From a virus, in IMG/VR virus record IMGVR_UViG_3300024984_000002: a DNA stretch of 41,092 nucleotides; one strand, written 5' to 3'. Shown piece after piece: positions 32,703 through 41,092 of the stretch. The notes beneath the pieces were generated by a model. That model did not search any database. It was given only the letters and a program-made list of their open reading frames with translations, and was not told the origin of the DNA. The position numbers were made by a program, and so were the translations under genes. Positions within the stretch are counted from its first letter, which is position 1; each line of letters begins with the position of its first letter.

Positions 32703-33298
32703 AGAAAATGGTTATTTTAGTATTGGCCGCTTTCCTTTTAGGAGGATGTGTTCAGTACAAAGATGGTAAGCCAGTAGAAACAGCAAGTAGTGAAGAGAAG
32801 CCAAAAGAAGAAGTGAAGAAAGAAGAACCTAAAAAAGAAGAAAAGCCAGTTAATGAGGAAAAGGTTGAAGAGATAAAGTTACCAACTAATAATGAAGAAT
32901 TAACAGCTTACTTAGAAAATGTTCTTCCGAAGGAAGCTAAAGGTGAAGTTGCTGTAACTAATTTTGAAGATGGAACTATAAGTGCACAAGTCGTCTTTCA
33001 AATAGAAGATGGATTTGTTTTAGAAGCACCTGCTAAAGATGCTGCACGAGACTTTATTTTTGCTGCTTATGCTTCAGGAATGGATATTGGTTATGCCATG
33101 GCTGCAATTAATGCCCCGGATGGTTCACTTGGTTTATCAGTAGGTGTCGGTAAAGAAGCAGCTGCTACACAAGATCCTTCCACATGGACTGATTCTTCTG
33201 TAGGTGCAACTGTATTTCTTGATTGGGTAAAGGAAAATATAAATGAAACTGAGGTTTTTACTCAACGAGTATTTTTAAGTGGCCAATGGGCTAAATAA
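32699..33298 (+). CDS. Lipoprotein (199 aa) with Lys/Glu-rich tether
   Basis: The signal plus lipobox is MKKMVILVLAAFLLGGC. It is followed by SSEEKPKEEVKKEEPKKEEKPVNEEK and then a globular domain of about 130 aa. Confidence 0.75.
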   Translation: MKKMVILVLAAFLLGGCVQYKDGKPVETASSEEKPKEEVKKEEPKKEEKPVNEEKVEEIKLPTNNEELTAYLENVLPKEAKGEVAVTNFEDGTISAQVVFQIEDGFVLEAPAKDAARDFIFAAYASGMDIGYAMAAINAPDGSLGLSVGVGKEAAATQDPSTWTDSSVGATVFLDWVKENINETEVFTQRVFLSGQWAK

Positions 33299-33309
33299 GG
33301 AGAAAAATA

Positions 33310-33549
33310 ATGAAAGAAGTATTCCTAAGAATCAATTACACCTCCCCAGCCGGCAGATCCGAACGAAAAGGTAACTTCCCATTACGTGGTCAACGTCCAG
33401 AAGAAGTTGCTTTGGATTGGTGGGAGAAAGATGTCAGTAGAGGTGTAGAAAAGAAGCTAGATAAGATACTGGCTGATGGTGTGGATATAACGGAGAAAGT
33501 GTTAGAAGTGAGAAAAGAACGATGGTATAAACTTGGATTACCTTTTTAA
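33310..33549 (+). CDS. Hypothetical protein (79 aa)
   Basis: Third gene of the plus-strand operon, followed by a terminator. Confidence 0.55.
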   Translation: MKEVFLRINYTSPAGRSERKGNFPLRGQRPEEVALDWWEKDVSRGVEKKLDKILADGVDITEKVLEVRKERWYKLGLPF

Positions 33550-33579
33550 AGCCCCTCCAATAAGGAGAGGCTCTTTTTT
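33550..33579 (+). terminator. Intrinsic terminator of the plus-strand moron operon
   Basis: AGCCCCTCC-AATAA-GGAGAGGCT followed by CTTTTTT. Confidence 0.65.
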
Positions 33580-33766
33580 ATACAGTTTCCAATGTTAATT
33601 GACCATTAACCACACGATAATTCGGCACGTTGCTGATCACAGTTTCGTAATCATCCATTAAATAAAAAAAGAAATCGTACTGCTTCATCGGAATAACTCT
33701 GGCCCCAATCAAACTATCTTCGATTTTGCCCTCTTCATCTACATCACAAAAAAATAATACGCCCAT
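33578..33766 (-). CDS. Hypothetical protein (62 aa) downstream of the Tal-like gene
   Basis: Tightly coupled to the stop of the Tal-like gene. Confidence 0.5.
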   Translation of the reverse strand: MGVLFFCDVDEEGKIEDSLIGARVIPMKQYDFFFYLMDDYETVISNVPNYRVVNGQLTLETV

Positions 33767-33767
33767 A

Positions 33768-35633
33768 TTATCCCTCCTGGACTATATATCTAACACTTCC
33801 ATACGTGTAATAATTTAAGCTTGAATACATGCGCCAATAGCAAACTAAGATATTTCCTGTTGGTGTGCCTAAGTCCACTAGAATATCTTTTCTGTACCCT
33901 TGGTCAGGATGTTTTCTCGTTTCCGTAACAGTGACACTTGCAATAGATGTTGATTCGTCGTCACTTAGAACATCAAAGGAAATTCTCCCAATGTTACCGA
34001 AGTCTACTCCGCCATCCACAGACATACTGCATATAATTCGTAAGTATCGACTATCGTGTTTAAACACAAATCGTTGGACGTTTTCATATCGGTTTTGTGC
34101 TGAAGTTCTGTAAAATTGCCCAGATTCTTCTATGCCGGTTGTCTTAAATGTTGGTGTGGATCCTTGGATTGCAAAACTGTTGGAAAGGATGCCGTTATTC
34201 ACAACCTTGTAACCGTCTGGACGTTCAATGACCATAGCACCTTTAGCAATATAGATCTCACCAGAATCCAACCTTACAAACTTATTTGCGTCGGCTGCAT
34301 CAATAGAAATTAAGTAATTACCATCCCAATAAAAAAGATCATCGTTTCCGATAATCTGAATGTTGTTGGTTTTTATTTGTCCGGCTGTTAATAGTGATGT
34401 GTTTACTCCAAATGGAGTGATTGCATCTGGGAAAGTTACCCCGTTATCAGTAGTCACGCCAATTCCCGAGCTTCGAAAAACAACGAACCTTTCCGGATTC
34501 TCTGGATCGCGAGCGAGTATTCCCATATTCTCAGGATATTCAAGTTGTGTTAGAGAATTATTCAATGCTTCAGTTGCTCGTTTAACAGCTTCATCATATA
34601 CGTTGTATCGAAGTTTGCCTACGTTCTCGTCATAAATTTTATCGAGTAATGATTTCTGATAATCCATGACACTCTTCACGAAAGATTTAGGAACAGTTGA
34701 AAGTGTAACCTTTGGTGATTTCTTACTTTCTGGATAATCTTCACTCTCAATAATCCGCAAATCCACATCGATATTTAAAGGCTCATAAATGGTCGGTACG
34801 GTGTCTCCGATATTCGGGTTAACAGATGTATATCCTTGCTCTTGTAAGCTCACAAACTCCAATTCTATGCTTATTTCAGGTGTATCTTGAAGTTTAGCTT
34901 TCAGATTTTCTACAAGTGTATCATAATGGGTGATTGATTCATTACTGTATGGTGGAGCATGACGTACTCCATAGATGGCAGCCATAGGTGATGTATACTC
35001 AGCTGATACAATAGGATTTTCATCCTCATCTAATTTTCCGGTACCTTTGATGTATGTGGATAGATTGCTTGTATTTACATTTCGTTTAAAGGTCTTAATG
35101 TTGTAACCGTAACGGAATTGAAAATCTGCAGTAGAACCTATTTTCTTTTTTATTCTCACGTCATTATCGATGAATTCAAACTCTGCCTGGTACCGATCAA
35201 TCACCTTTTGAAATAAAGATAAACAATTTTCATTACCAAAGTTCTCAAATTCAACTGTGGAAAAAGAATCGATTACTGAGAATGTCCAATCTAAACCACT
35301 AAAAATAAACGATAGTACCGTATTTATGGACTTGAATCCTGTAGTAAGAGTTGTATATCTGTATTCGTCCACAATATCAAAGAAAGTATGATACGCTGTG
35401 ATTGATTTAATTGGTTTTCCTTTTGTTTGCTCGACTAGTCCTTTAATTCGATATTTAATGGAGTCATATTCTACAATGCTTTCCTCTGCAACCAAATCAA
35501 AGGAATGACTATTCTTATCTGTTTTAAGTAATAAAAAGGATATGGACTGTTCTCCATTCACTCTTTTCTTACGAGTTAAGTTTGTATAGTCAGTGATAAT
35601 TTCTGATGTTCCAGCTAAGTTCGTGACGATCAA
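33768..35633 (-). CDS. Tail-associated (Tal) / prophage tail endopeptidase-family minor structural protein (TTG start)
   Basis: 621 aa. The N-terminal 350 aa (MIVTNLAGTSEIITDYTNL...VNGEQSISFLLLK...; ...GDTVPTIYEPLNIDVDLRIIESEDYP) follow the pattern of the phage minor structural protein N-terminal region. An RBS GAGGTG lies 7 nt upstream. Confidence 0.7.
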   Translation of the reverse strand: MIVTNLAGTSEIITDYTNLTRKKRVNGEQSISFLLLKTDKNSHSFDLVAEESIVEYDSIKYRIKGLVEQTKGKPIKSITAYHTFFDIVDEYRYTTLTTGFKSINTVLSFIFSGLDWTFSVIDSFSTVEFENFGNENCLSLFQKVIDRYQAEFEFIDNDVRIKKKIGSTADFQFRYGYNIKTFKRNVNTSNLSTYIKGTGKLDEDENPIVSAEYTSPMAAIYGVRHAPPYSNESITHYDTLVENLKAKLQDTPEISIELEFVSLQEQGYTSVNPNIGDTVPTIYEPLNIDVDLRIIESEDYPESKKSPKVTLSTVPKSFVKSVMDYQKSLLDKIYDENVGKLRYNVYDEAVKRATEALNNSLTQLEYPENMGILARDPENPERFVVFRSSGIGVTTDNGVTFPDAITPFGVNTSLLTAGQIKTNNIQIIGNDDLFYWDGNYLISIDAADANKFVRLDSGEIYIAKGAMVIERPDGYKVVNNGILSNSFAIQGSTPTFKTTGIEESGQFYRTSAQNRYENVQRFVFKHDSRYLRIICSMSVDGGVDFGNIGRISFDVLSDDESTSIASVTVTETRKHPDQGYRKDILVDLGTPTGNILVCYWRMYSSLNYYTYGSVRYIVQEG

Positions 35634-35693
35634 GAGGTATCACCTCATTTCAATATTTATGTTTTACAACAATAGGATACTGCGACATAAGAA

Positions 35694-35721
35694 AGCCCCT
35701 CTCGGATGAATGAGAAGGGCT
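35694..35721 (-). terminator. Hairpin terminator between the repeat-fibre gene and the Tal-like gene
   Basis: On minus-strand RNA, AGCCCUUCUC-8 nt-GAGAGGGGCU pairs perfectly (one G-U) and is followed by UUCUUAU. On the plus strand the same stem has a C-A mismatch. Confidence 0.5.
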
Positions 35722-35729
35722 GTTTTTCT

Positions 35730-37157
35730 TTACACTCCACTTGGTAAAATACTAGCATTTCCGGCGGTTACAGTTGTCACATTTCCTGATGGGTCAGTTA
35801 TTTCACATTCATGATAATAATCACCTTTTAGGTTTGCTGTATCAACTGGATCAAGTTTAATATGAATCTCGGAACCGTTGATTGTGATTCCGTTTGTTGT
35901 ATCCTTATAAATTAGATGTTCAGGAGAAATAACACGTTGCTTTAATGCCCACTTAGCCGTACATCCGGTTAAGTCCTCACCAGCATCGAGTATGATCGTC
36001 ATGGTATCGCCTGCATGACGGGTAAAGCCTTGATTGGTTGCTGTCATCTGTATGCCCCCTTTCAAGCGTATTTCTAATTCTCTTTTTGCTTCCAAGTAAA
36101 TATATAAATCTCGTTTGGCTTTTAATCGAATGACACCAACAATATCCTTCTCTGGAAGCACCGTTAATTGGCTTGTAGTTGATAGTTCAACTTCACCCGA
36201 TACAATTAGGCTTGCTAATGCTTCTAATTGGATGACAACCGAAAATGAAGCTTCTGACGATTGAATAACAGAGCCTTCCACAGTTAACAAAGCTCTAGCT
36301 GATAAATCAACCGATATATCCATGCTGACTATTTCGCCAATGGCTGTTAAGTCACTGTTAGCCGATAGAACTGTTTCACCGTTAACGATGATACTTCCTA
36401 AAGCCGATAAGCTAGAACTTGCTGATAAGTCTACACTAATCTCTGGTGAGAGTTTATCTCCTTCTGCTGTAAGGTTAGATACGGCTGATAATATTACTTC
36501 TGTTGATTGGATAACAGTTGCTTCTGATGTTAAATTACTTACCGCTGATAACGTAGATTCTCCGTTGTAAATAAGGTTAGATTCGGCTGTTAGATTGGAT
36601 ACAGAAGAAAGAATGCTCTCGCCTTCGTGTACGGTTGGTGTTGTTCCTCCACCTGTTCCATCATCCAACCACGTACCACCTGTTAAGGTTGCGTGGTTGC
36701 CGTTTCCGCTTTGGTCTTGGACGGTTCCTGTTGTCATATCGTAATGAGCAACTAATACACCAGTATTTTTTAGTTTGATGGAGTAGATATCTAATGGAGT
36801 AAAGTTACCTGTACTTCCACTTCCTCCAAACGGTACCTGTTTAGTTGTTGTTGCGTAAAAGACTAATCTCGCTACCGTTCTTACCCCAGCTGAAACTAAA
36901 TTAGTGTAGTTGTTTGCGGTCTTTTCTACTCCGTTAATATAAACATTTTTTGTTCTTGATCCTGCTTGCCACTCATCTTTTAATTGGTAAAAGTAGAAGT
37001 AACTACCGGTGGTCGAACCCCTTGCATCAAAGTACCATTTTGTTGTGGTTGTATTAACTTTTTCCCTTAGAATAAAATCCATTTCAACTTCATCAAAGGT
37101 TACGTTTGCCGACCGTACTAAGTCATCTACACCGTCGAGAGAGAGGTACTGTACCAT
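35730..37157 (-). CDS. Fibre-like structural protein: LamG-like N-domain, eight ~20-aa repeats, Ig-like C-domain
   Basis: YLSLDGVDDLV and DQSGNGNHATLTGGTW are Laminin_G_3-type motifs. The repeats are xxxLSAVSNLTAEGxxIxxG. The C-terminal 105 aa are beta-rich. Confidence 0.6.
   Translation of the reverse strand: MVQYLSLDGVDDLVRSANVTFDEVEMDFILREKVNTTTTKWYFDARGSTTGSYFYFYQLKDEWQAGSRTKNVYINGVEKTANNYTNLVSAGVRTVARLVFYATTTKQVPFGGSGSTGNFTPLDIYSIKLKNTGVLVAHYDMTTGTVQDQSGNGNHATLTGGTWLDDGTGGGTTPTVHEGESILSSVSNLTAESNLIYNGESTLSAVSNLTSEATVIQSTEVILSAVSNLTAEGDKLSPEISVDLSASSSLSALGSIIVNGETVLSANSDLTAIGEIVSMDISVDLSARALLTVEGSVIQSSEASFSVVIQLEALASLIVSGEVELSTTSQLTVLPEKDIVGVIRLKAKRDLYIYLEAKRELEIRLKGGIQMTATNQGFTRHAGDTMTIILDAGEDLTGCTAKWALKQRVISPEHLIYKDTTNGITINGSEIHIKLDPVDTANLKGDYYHECEITDPSGNVTTVTAGNASILPSGV
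36150..36623 (-). repeat. Coding tandem repeats (about 8 units of 60-63 nt) within the fibre-like gene
   Basis: In the translation, LS dipeptides recur at aa 183, 203, 223, 244, 264, 285, (305) and 325 with a conserved context. Confidence 0.7.
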
Positions 37158-37168
37158 TTGAATACCTC

Positions 37169-37462
37169 CTATTCTCCTGTGTAACTTTCAATAATTATAC
37201 AAGGTTGAGGGTTTTCTTCATCGTGAGTACATTCGTGCCAACTGATTTCTCCACCAAGTAAATTCACTTGCCCTTTTAAATCATTAAACAAGGTGTCTTT
37301 GTCCACAATAGAAGAGACGTGAACTTCAAAGTTCACAATGTCTCTTCCGTTCTCATCCTTCCCTTTTCGTGGATCTAACTTATATAACAAGACTTTATTT
37401 AATAAGTTGACCAAGGATATATCATCAGCAGTTCTTAGACGACCTATGATAGAGTATTTCAT
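37169..37462 (-). CDS. Hypothetical protein (97 aa)
   Basis: ORF between two fibre-associated genes. Confidence 0.5.
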   Translation of the reverse strand: MKYSIIGRLRTADDISLVNLLNKVLLYKLDPRKGKDENGRDIVNFEVHVSSIVDKDTLFNDLKGQVNLLGGEISWHECTHDEENPQPCIIIESYTGE

Positions 37463-37472
37463 CCTCCATCAC

Positions 37473-37859
37473 CTACTCAATACTTACAGACAATTTAGTA
37501 GCAGCCATCTTAAACTGATCTCCACTCGGTACGGTTTTAGCAGTAGATAAAGCACCATACCACAGCATATTTCCGCCTGTTAGAGCATCCATTAAGCCAA
37601 TGTGAGTGATTGTTCCCCAGTTGGCTGTAGCTGTGTCAAATAGAACATCAACACTGTTAGAGGTCGCTCCTGTCGTTGCCGCAGTGAATGAAATAGCTTT
37701 ACGAGCATAAGCGCCACCCGTTACTTCGGTTCCTGTTCCAGCTTCTGTTGGATCAGCTGTAAATAAAGCAAGGTACACTGTAGGCATAGTGAAAGCAGAA
37801 ACTCCAAGAATGTGGTTTAATACTTTATTCTCTGCGTAATTAGTAAGATTGTTAGCCAT
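37473..37859 (-). CDS. Conserved phage protein (128 aa), possibly virion or fibre-associated
   Basis: The pattern ...VYLALFTADPTE.GTGTEVTGGAYARK.ISF...WGTITHIGLMDALTGGN resembles a widespread small phage protein usually found near fibre genes (from memory, unverified). An RBS AAGGAGG is present. Confidence 0.4.
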   Translation of the reverse strand: MANNLTNYAENKVLNHILGVSAFTMPTVYLALFTADPTEAGTGTEVTGGAYARKAISFTAATTGATSNSVDVLFDTATANWGTITHIGLMDALTGGNMLWYGALSTAKTVPSGDQFKMAATKLSVSIE

Positions 37860-37905
37860 GTATTATTCCTCCTTTTTATATAAAAAGCCCTCAAAAAAGA
37901 TGGCA

Positions 37906-38766
37906 TTAAATTGATGCGCCGTAAACTTTGTCATATCCTCTATGCTTCAATTCGATAACAAAGTGTTTTGCTTGTTCGTGGTCTGTGAAAATAACAAATT
38001 GATACGGATCTTTCGGCTGTGCTTTTTCTTTCGGGTCATATTTCTTAATCGCTACACCCTGGCACTTATACCCTCTTCCCTCAAACTCTTGCACCAAGTT
38101 CTTCGCTTGCCAATGCGCTGTATTCGGAATAATAACCTTGTGCGTTAATTCCTTTTTATCCTTGCCTAAGAACCATTCAAGGGTTTTATCTCCGTTGAGC
38201 ATGTTCTTATCGAGATAACTGTTAAACCAGCTCACGCGCCCTTTTTCGGTGTATTGCCACAAGCAACAAGGATAATCCGGTTTCATACTTGGAGAACCGT
38301 CATTGCTTCCGTAGCGTGGAATCCAAAGGAAATCCGCTTCGACTTTGTTTAGTCCGTACTTGTTGTAGAGGTGATGTGAGACGTAGAATCCTGTTCTATA
38401 TCCGGCTTCTTTACACACGTCAATAAAGGCTTGTGAAGCTTCTGCAACCTTTGCAGTACCGCAAGACTCAATCGTGTCATTCTCCGTGTCCAGAACAAGG
38501 AATTTCGCTTCTTTATCGATACGGCTAAGGAAATCCTTCGCTTCTTTCTTCGCATCTTCCACAGAGACAAAATGACCGTAGGCATAATGTCCGAATGGAA
38601 TACCGTACTTTTTACAGTTGGCTACGTGGTTTTTATATTCCCGGTCAATCGTTTTGGAACCGTACTGCACACGAATAATCACCAAGGCTAGTTCTTTCGC
38701 CGCTTCTTTCCAGTTGATGTTGATAGACGGTTGGTGATGAGATAAATCGATGATCATTTTACTCAC
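37906..38766 (-). CDS. Endolysin: GH25 muramidase domain plus C-terminal wall-binding repeats
   Basis: IIDLSHHQPSININWKEAAKELALVIIRVQYGSK...GHYAYGHF fits the GH25 N-terminal signature. The start overlaps the holin stop. Confidence 0.8.
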   Translation of the reverse strand: MSKMIIDLSHHQPSININWKEAAKELALVIIRVQYGSKTIDREYKNHVANCKKYGIPFGHYAYGHFVSVEDAKKEAKDFLSRIDKEAKFLVLDTENDTIESCGTAKVAEASQAFIDVCKEAGYRTGFYVSHHLYNKYGLNKVEADFLWIPRYGSNDGSPSMKPDYPCCLWQYTEKGRVSWFNSYLDKNMLNGDKTLEWFLGKDKKELTHKVIIPNTAHWQAKNLVQEFEGRGYKCQGVAIKKYDPKEKAQPKDPYQFVIFTDHEQAKHFVIELKHRGYDKVYGASI

Positions 38767-39137
38767 TACTCCCCAGCTCCCTTATCCTTATCGAATTCCT
38801 TAAGTTTCTCACCGACTTGTTCAGGTAACTCCACACCAATAGCTTTCAGGTTTTCTACAATGCTACCACCCTCTTTATAGATGAATAGAGCAACCGTAAA
38901 CCCTGTTAAGTAGAAGTTGAGTCCTAAAACGATATCTAAAGCTAAGACAAATACGATTCCCACAAGCTCCCCAATCCATCGAATCAGACCGTCACGCATT
39001 ACACGTGATTTATAAGGTGAAACACCTTTCCATGTTTTGAGTAAGCCTGAAACAAAGTCGAGCACCTTGACCAAAAAGTAAAATAACAACATCGTTCTAA
39101 TTAATTGTGGAAGTAATTGAATCACATGAAATTCCAT
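38766..39137 (-). CDS. Holin
   Basis: 123 aa with 3-4 hydrophobic helices and a charged C-terminus. It lies immediately upstream of the endolysin. Confidence 0.8.
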   Translation of the reverse strand: MEFHVIQLLPQLIRTMLLFYFLVKVLDFVSGLLKTWKGVSPYKSRVMRDGLIRWIGELVGIVFVLALDIVLGLNFYLTGFTVALFIYKEGGSIVENLKAIGVELPEQVGEKLKEFDKDKGAGE

Positions 39138-39160
39138 CTCACACCGCCCTTTTTACATAA

Positions 39161-39187
39161 TTAAAAAGAGCCCTCGAAAGGACTCTT
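39161..39187 (-). terminator. Intrinsic terminator between the fibre gene and the lysis cassette
   Basis: The minus strand has AAGAGUCC-UUUCGA-GGGCUCUU followed by UUUUUAAUU. Confidence 0.65.
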
Positions 39188-39218
39188 CGTTTTGTCGCAT
39201 TTGTTTCCGATTGTTCAT

Positions 39219-41092
39219 CTAGTTGTATAGTCTTAAAACTCCATATCCGTAGTTATTTACAACTTTCACTTTAATTCCCTTAGCTGATACAAATTCACTT
39301 TGGATAGTGGTGTTTGCATGAACATCTAATTGCTCAATCTTTTTTCCTGCCATATAACTTGGTAATTCAATGATTTTATTAATGCTCTTATGGTAATCAA
39401 ATGCAAGATAGATATCTTCTCCCACCCAATACCAATACAAGCATGTAGCATCTGCATCAATTGTTTTCAATGGCACTCTAAACGCAACTGCTTCTTGGTA
39501 ATCTCCTAAAGTAGCAGTACCGCCTACTTTAACGTGTGGATACATCTTCTTTGAAGAACCAGCAAAGTTGCCTGCACTTGAGTTGTTCTGACGAATAGAA
39601 GGTTTTGCTACACCGAATTGCGTATTGTATCCTAATGCCATTCCTTTGCTATAATCATCGTTAAATTGATGATAACGATAAGGTGGCTTTGTCCCATCTA
39701 ACCATGTAGCTTTAGCAAATTCTAGTGTATTTGTTCCTTGTGTCACAACCGTTCCCATATCTTTACCGTCAACAATTCCAACACCTGGCACATAAGCCTT
39801 TGTTCCAACAGTCACAGATTGAACAATACCGTAAAAGCTTATGTTGGTTTGTTTCAAGAACTCGTACCCTGTCTTAACTGTTAAACTCCCATTCCTGCCA
39901 TGACTAAATATATTTGTAACTGTCACCCATCCCGGTATAGTGTTATCCGATAGATTTGCTTTTGTTCCGATATGGTCTTTAAGGTACTGTTGAACGCTAG
40001 GAATGTCTAGGATGTTGTAAGTTTCGATTATGTCGAACTTATCCCCGTAGAAAGTACCATCTTCCGTAATCTCTTTCCCATCTAATACAAATTTAACACT
40101 TTTATTATTCGTGTTAGGAAACAACTGATCCTTAACGGTAGAAGCAAAAGTTATATCTGTAAGATTTGTTGCTCCACTAACATGAGTTAACGTTCCTGAA
40201 AAAGATGCTGCACTTGTATAATGAGTTGGTAAGGTTGGGTTGCCAGTGTAATCGGAGAATATTTTAAGTTTATTAGCATCGACAATATCAACAATAATGA
40301 ACCTTTTTGTCCCACCAGTTAAGTTCCACACACTACCAATATCGGCATTAGTCTTACCGTGAGCAGTTGCCGTTAGTGTAATTAAATCAAAGTACCCATG
40401 ATTCGCACCCATATACGATTCATTGATGTAAAGAGGTGTTATATCGTCGCCAGAGTTTTTATATAAGTCACCTGCAATTACGTTGTGTGGAGTATTTATG
40501 TCACAAGTATAAATACCTTCTAGGTTAAGACCTAGATTCATATTTGCCTTTGGATATTTCCACAGGTGATAAAGGTCTTTAGTTTCCGAAAAATTTACTC
40601 TCCCGGTAATATCAGAGCCTTTCTTTAATACGACAATATGGTTGTTTTGTAATTGCTTAAATTGATCAGGTAACGCATCTTCTCTGATTTTATAATTCTC
40701 CCACCCAAAAGTAGTATATTGAGTTCTAAGTGTACCTTCTTCCACTTGAGCAGAATCTATCAATTCGTTAAATTGTGCAGTTGTATGTGTCCAGTACGAA
40801 CCACTATGCATATGCCATGCCATAAACTTTATATTCGGATCAATAATTGTGATTACTGAAACATAATACCCTTCTGAATCAACTGATTTATTAGTTCTCG
40901 TTACTTTTCCATCTGGACTTACCCACGAACCATACGCTCCTCCTGCACCTTCTACGATTGCACAAACTGCACCCGTATTAAAATTAGGAGCAGAAACTGT
41001 ACCGTCATAAAAGAACACAGCCCCAATAGACCGCAGTTTTTGTGAAATAACATATGTTTTTCCAGATACGACTGGTACTAATCCCGAATATA
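39219..41092 (-). CDS. Tail fibre / receptor-binding protein, C-terminal part (frame open to the window end; continues at 128..620)
   Basis: The ORF-track entry 39219..41018 begins at an internal GTG. Upstream codons to 41092 contain no stop and duplicate positions 1..127. Confidence 0.75.
   Translation of the reverse strand, partial: YSGLVPVVSGKTYVISQKLRSIGAVFFYDGTVSAPNFNTGAVCAIVEGAGGAYGSWVSPDGKVTRTNKSVDSEGYYVSVITIIDPNIKFMAWHMHSGSYWTHTTAQFNELIDSAQVEEGTLRTQYTTFGWENYKIREDALPDQFKQLQNNHIVVLKKGSDITGRVNFSETKDLYHLWKYPKANMNLGLNLEGIYTCDINTPHNVIAGDLYKNSGDDITPLYINESYMGANHGYFDLITLTATAHGKTNADIGSVWNLTGGTKRFIIVDIVDANKLKIFSDYTGNPTLPTHYTSAASFSGTLTHVSGATNLTDITFASTVKDQLFPNTNNKSVKFVLDGKEITEDGTFYGDKFDIIETYNILDIPSVQQYLKDHIGTKANLSDNTIPGWVTVTNIFSHGRNGSLTVKTGYEFLKQTNISFYGIVQSVTVGTKAYVPGVGIVDGKDMGTVVTQGTNTLEFAKATWLDGTKPPYRYHQFNDDYSKGMALGYNTQFGVAKPSIRQNNSSAGNFAGSSKKMYPHVKVGGTATLGDYQEAVAFRVPLKTIDADATCLYWYWVGEDIYLAFDYHKSINKIIELPSYMAGKKIEQLDVHANTTIQSEFVSAKGIKVKVVNNYGYGVLRLYN
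40966..41092. repeat. Terminal direct repeat, right copy (identical to 1..127)
   Basis: See the left copy. Confidence 0.95.

Larger units (their letters stand above)
1..40965. mobile_element. Complete temperate siphovirus-type phage genome (unique length 40,965 bp); may persist integrated or as a plasmid
   Basis: Lysogeny, replication, packaging, HK97-type head, long-tail and lysis modules are all present. The window ends overlap by 127 nt, so the sequence closes into a circle. Confidence 0.85.

Noticed and set aside
33768-37157. A diversity-generating retroelement or invertase-driven fibre switching acting on the fibre genes
   Set aside because: No reverse transcriptase, template/variable repeat pair or serine invertase is visible. 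All fibre genes are on one strand, and I saw no flanking inverted repeats.
1-41092. tRNA, rRNA or tmRNA genes and transposase/IS elements
   Set aside because: I saw no cloverleaf-like conserved tRNA motifs (such as a GGTTCGAATCC-type T-arm) in the non-coding gaps, and no transposase-like ORFs. A by-eye scan cannot fully exclude a divergent tRNA.

Overview
The window is a complete, circularly closed temperate siphovirus-type phage genome from a low-GC Firmicute, probably a Bacillus-like host (inferred from GGAGG-type RBSs, about 37% GC, and ArpU, DnaD-like and ParM-type genes). Positions 1-127 are identical to 40966-41092. The unique length is therefore 40,965 bp, and the tail-fibre gene at the right edge continues into the left edge. 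Most genes lie on the minus strand in classical order. Reading downward from about 26.2 kb they are: cro-like early operon; Rha antirepressor; DnaD-like replisome organiser plus DnaC-like loader; many small ORFs; an XerC/D-like recombinase; an ArpU late regulator coupled to a core-only tyrosine recombinase; a terminator-insulated AT-rich 4-gene cassette of unknown function (my best candidate for a novel system); HNH endonuclease; TerS(P27)/TerL; HK97-type portal, ClpP protease and capsid; connectors; tail tube; G/GT chaperone with a -1 slippery heptamer; tape measure; Dit; fibre (wraps the junction); holin; and GH25 endolysin. Unexpectedly, further tail-tip genes follow the lysis cassette (a LamG/repeat fibre and a Tal-like protein). 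The plus-strand islands are a cI-like repressor plus integrase with attP-like arm repeats, an HTH + lipoprotein moron operon, and a small membrane protein. Between attP and the tail-tip genes sits a plasmid/ICE-like module: ParM/ParR/parC-like repeats, a replication-relaxation protein and an FtsK/TraB-type translocase. All functional calls rest on remembered family motifs, gene order and signals read by eye. No database search or folding was possible, so unknown proteins are left unknown.
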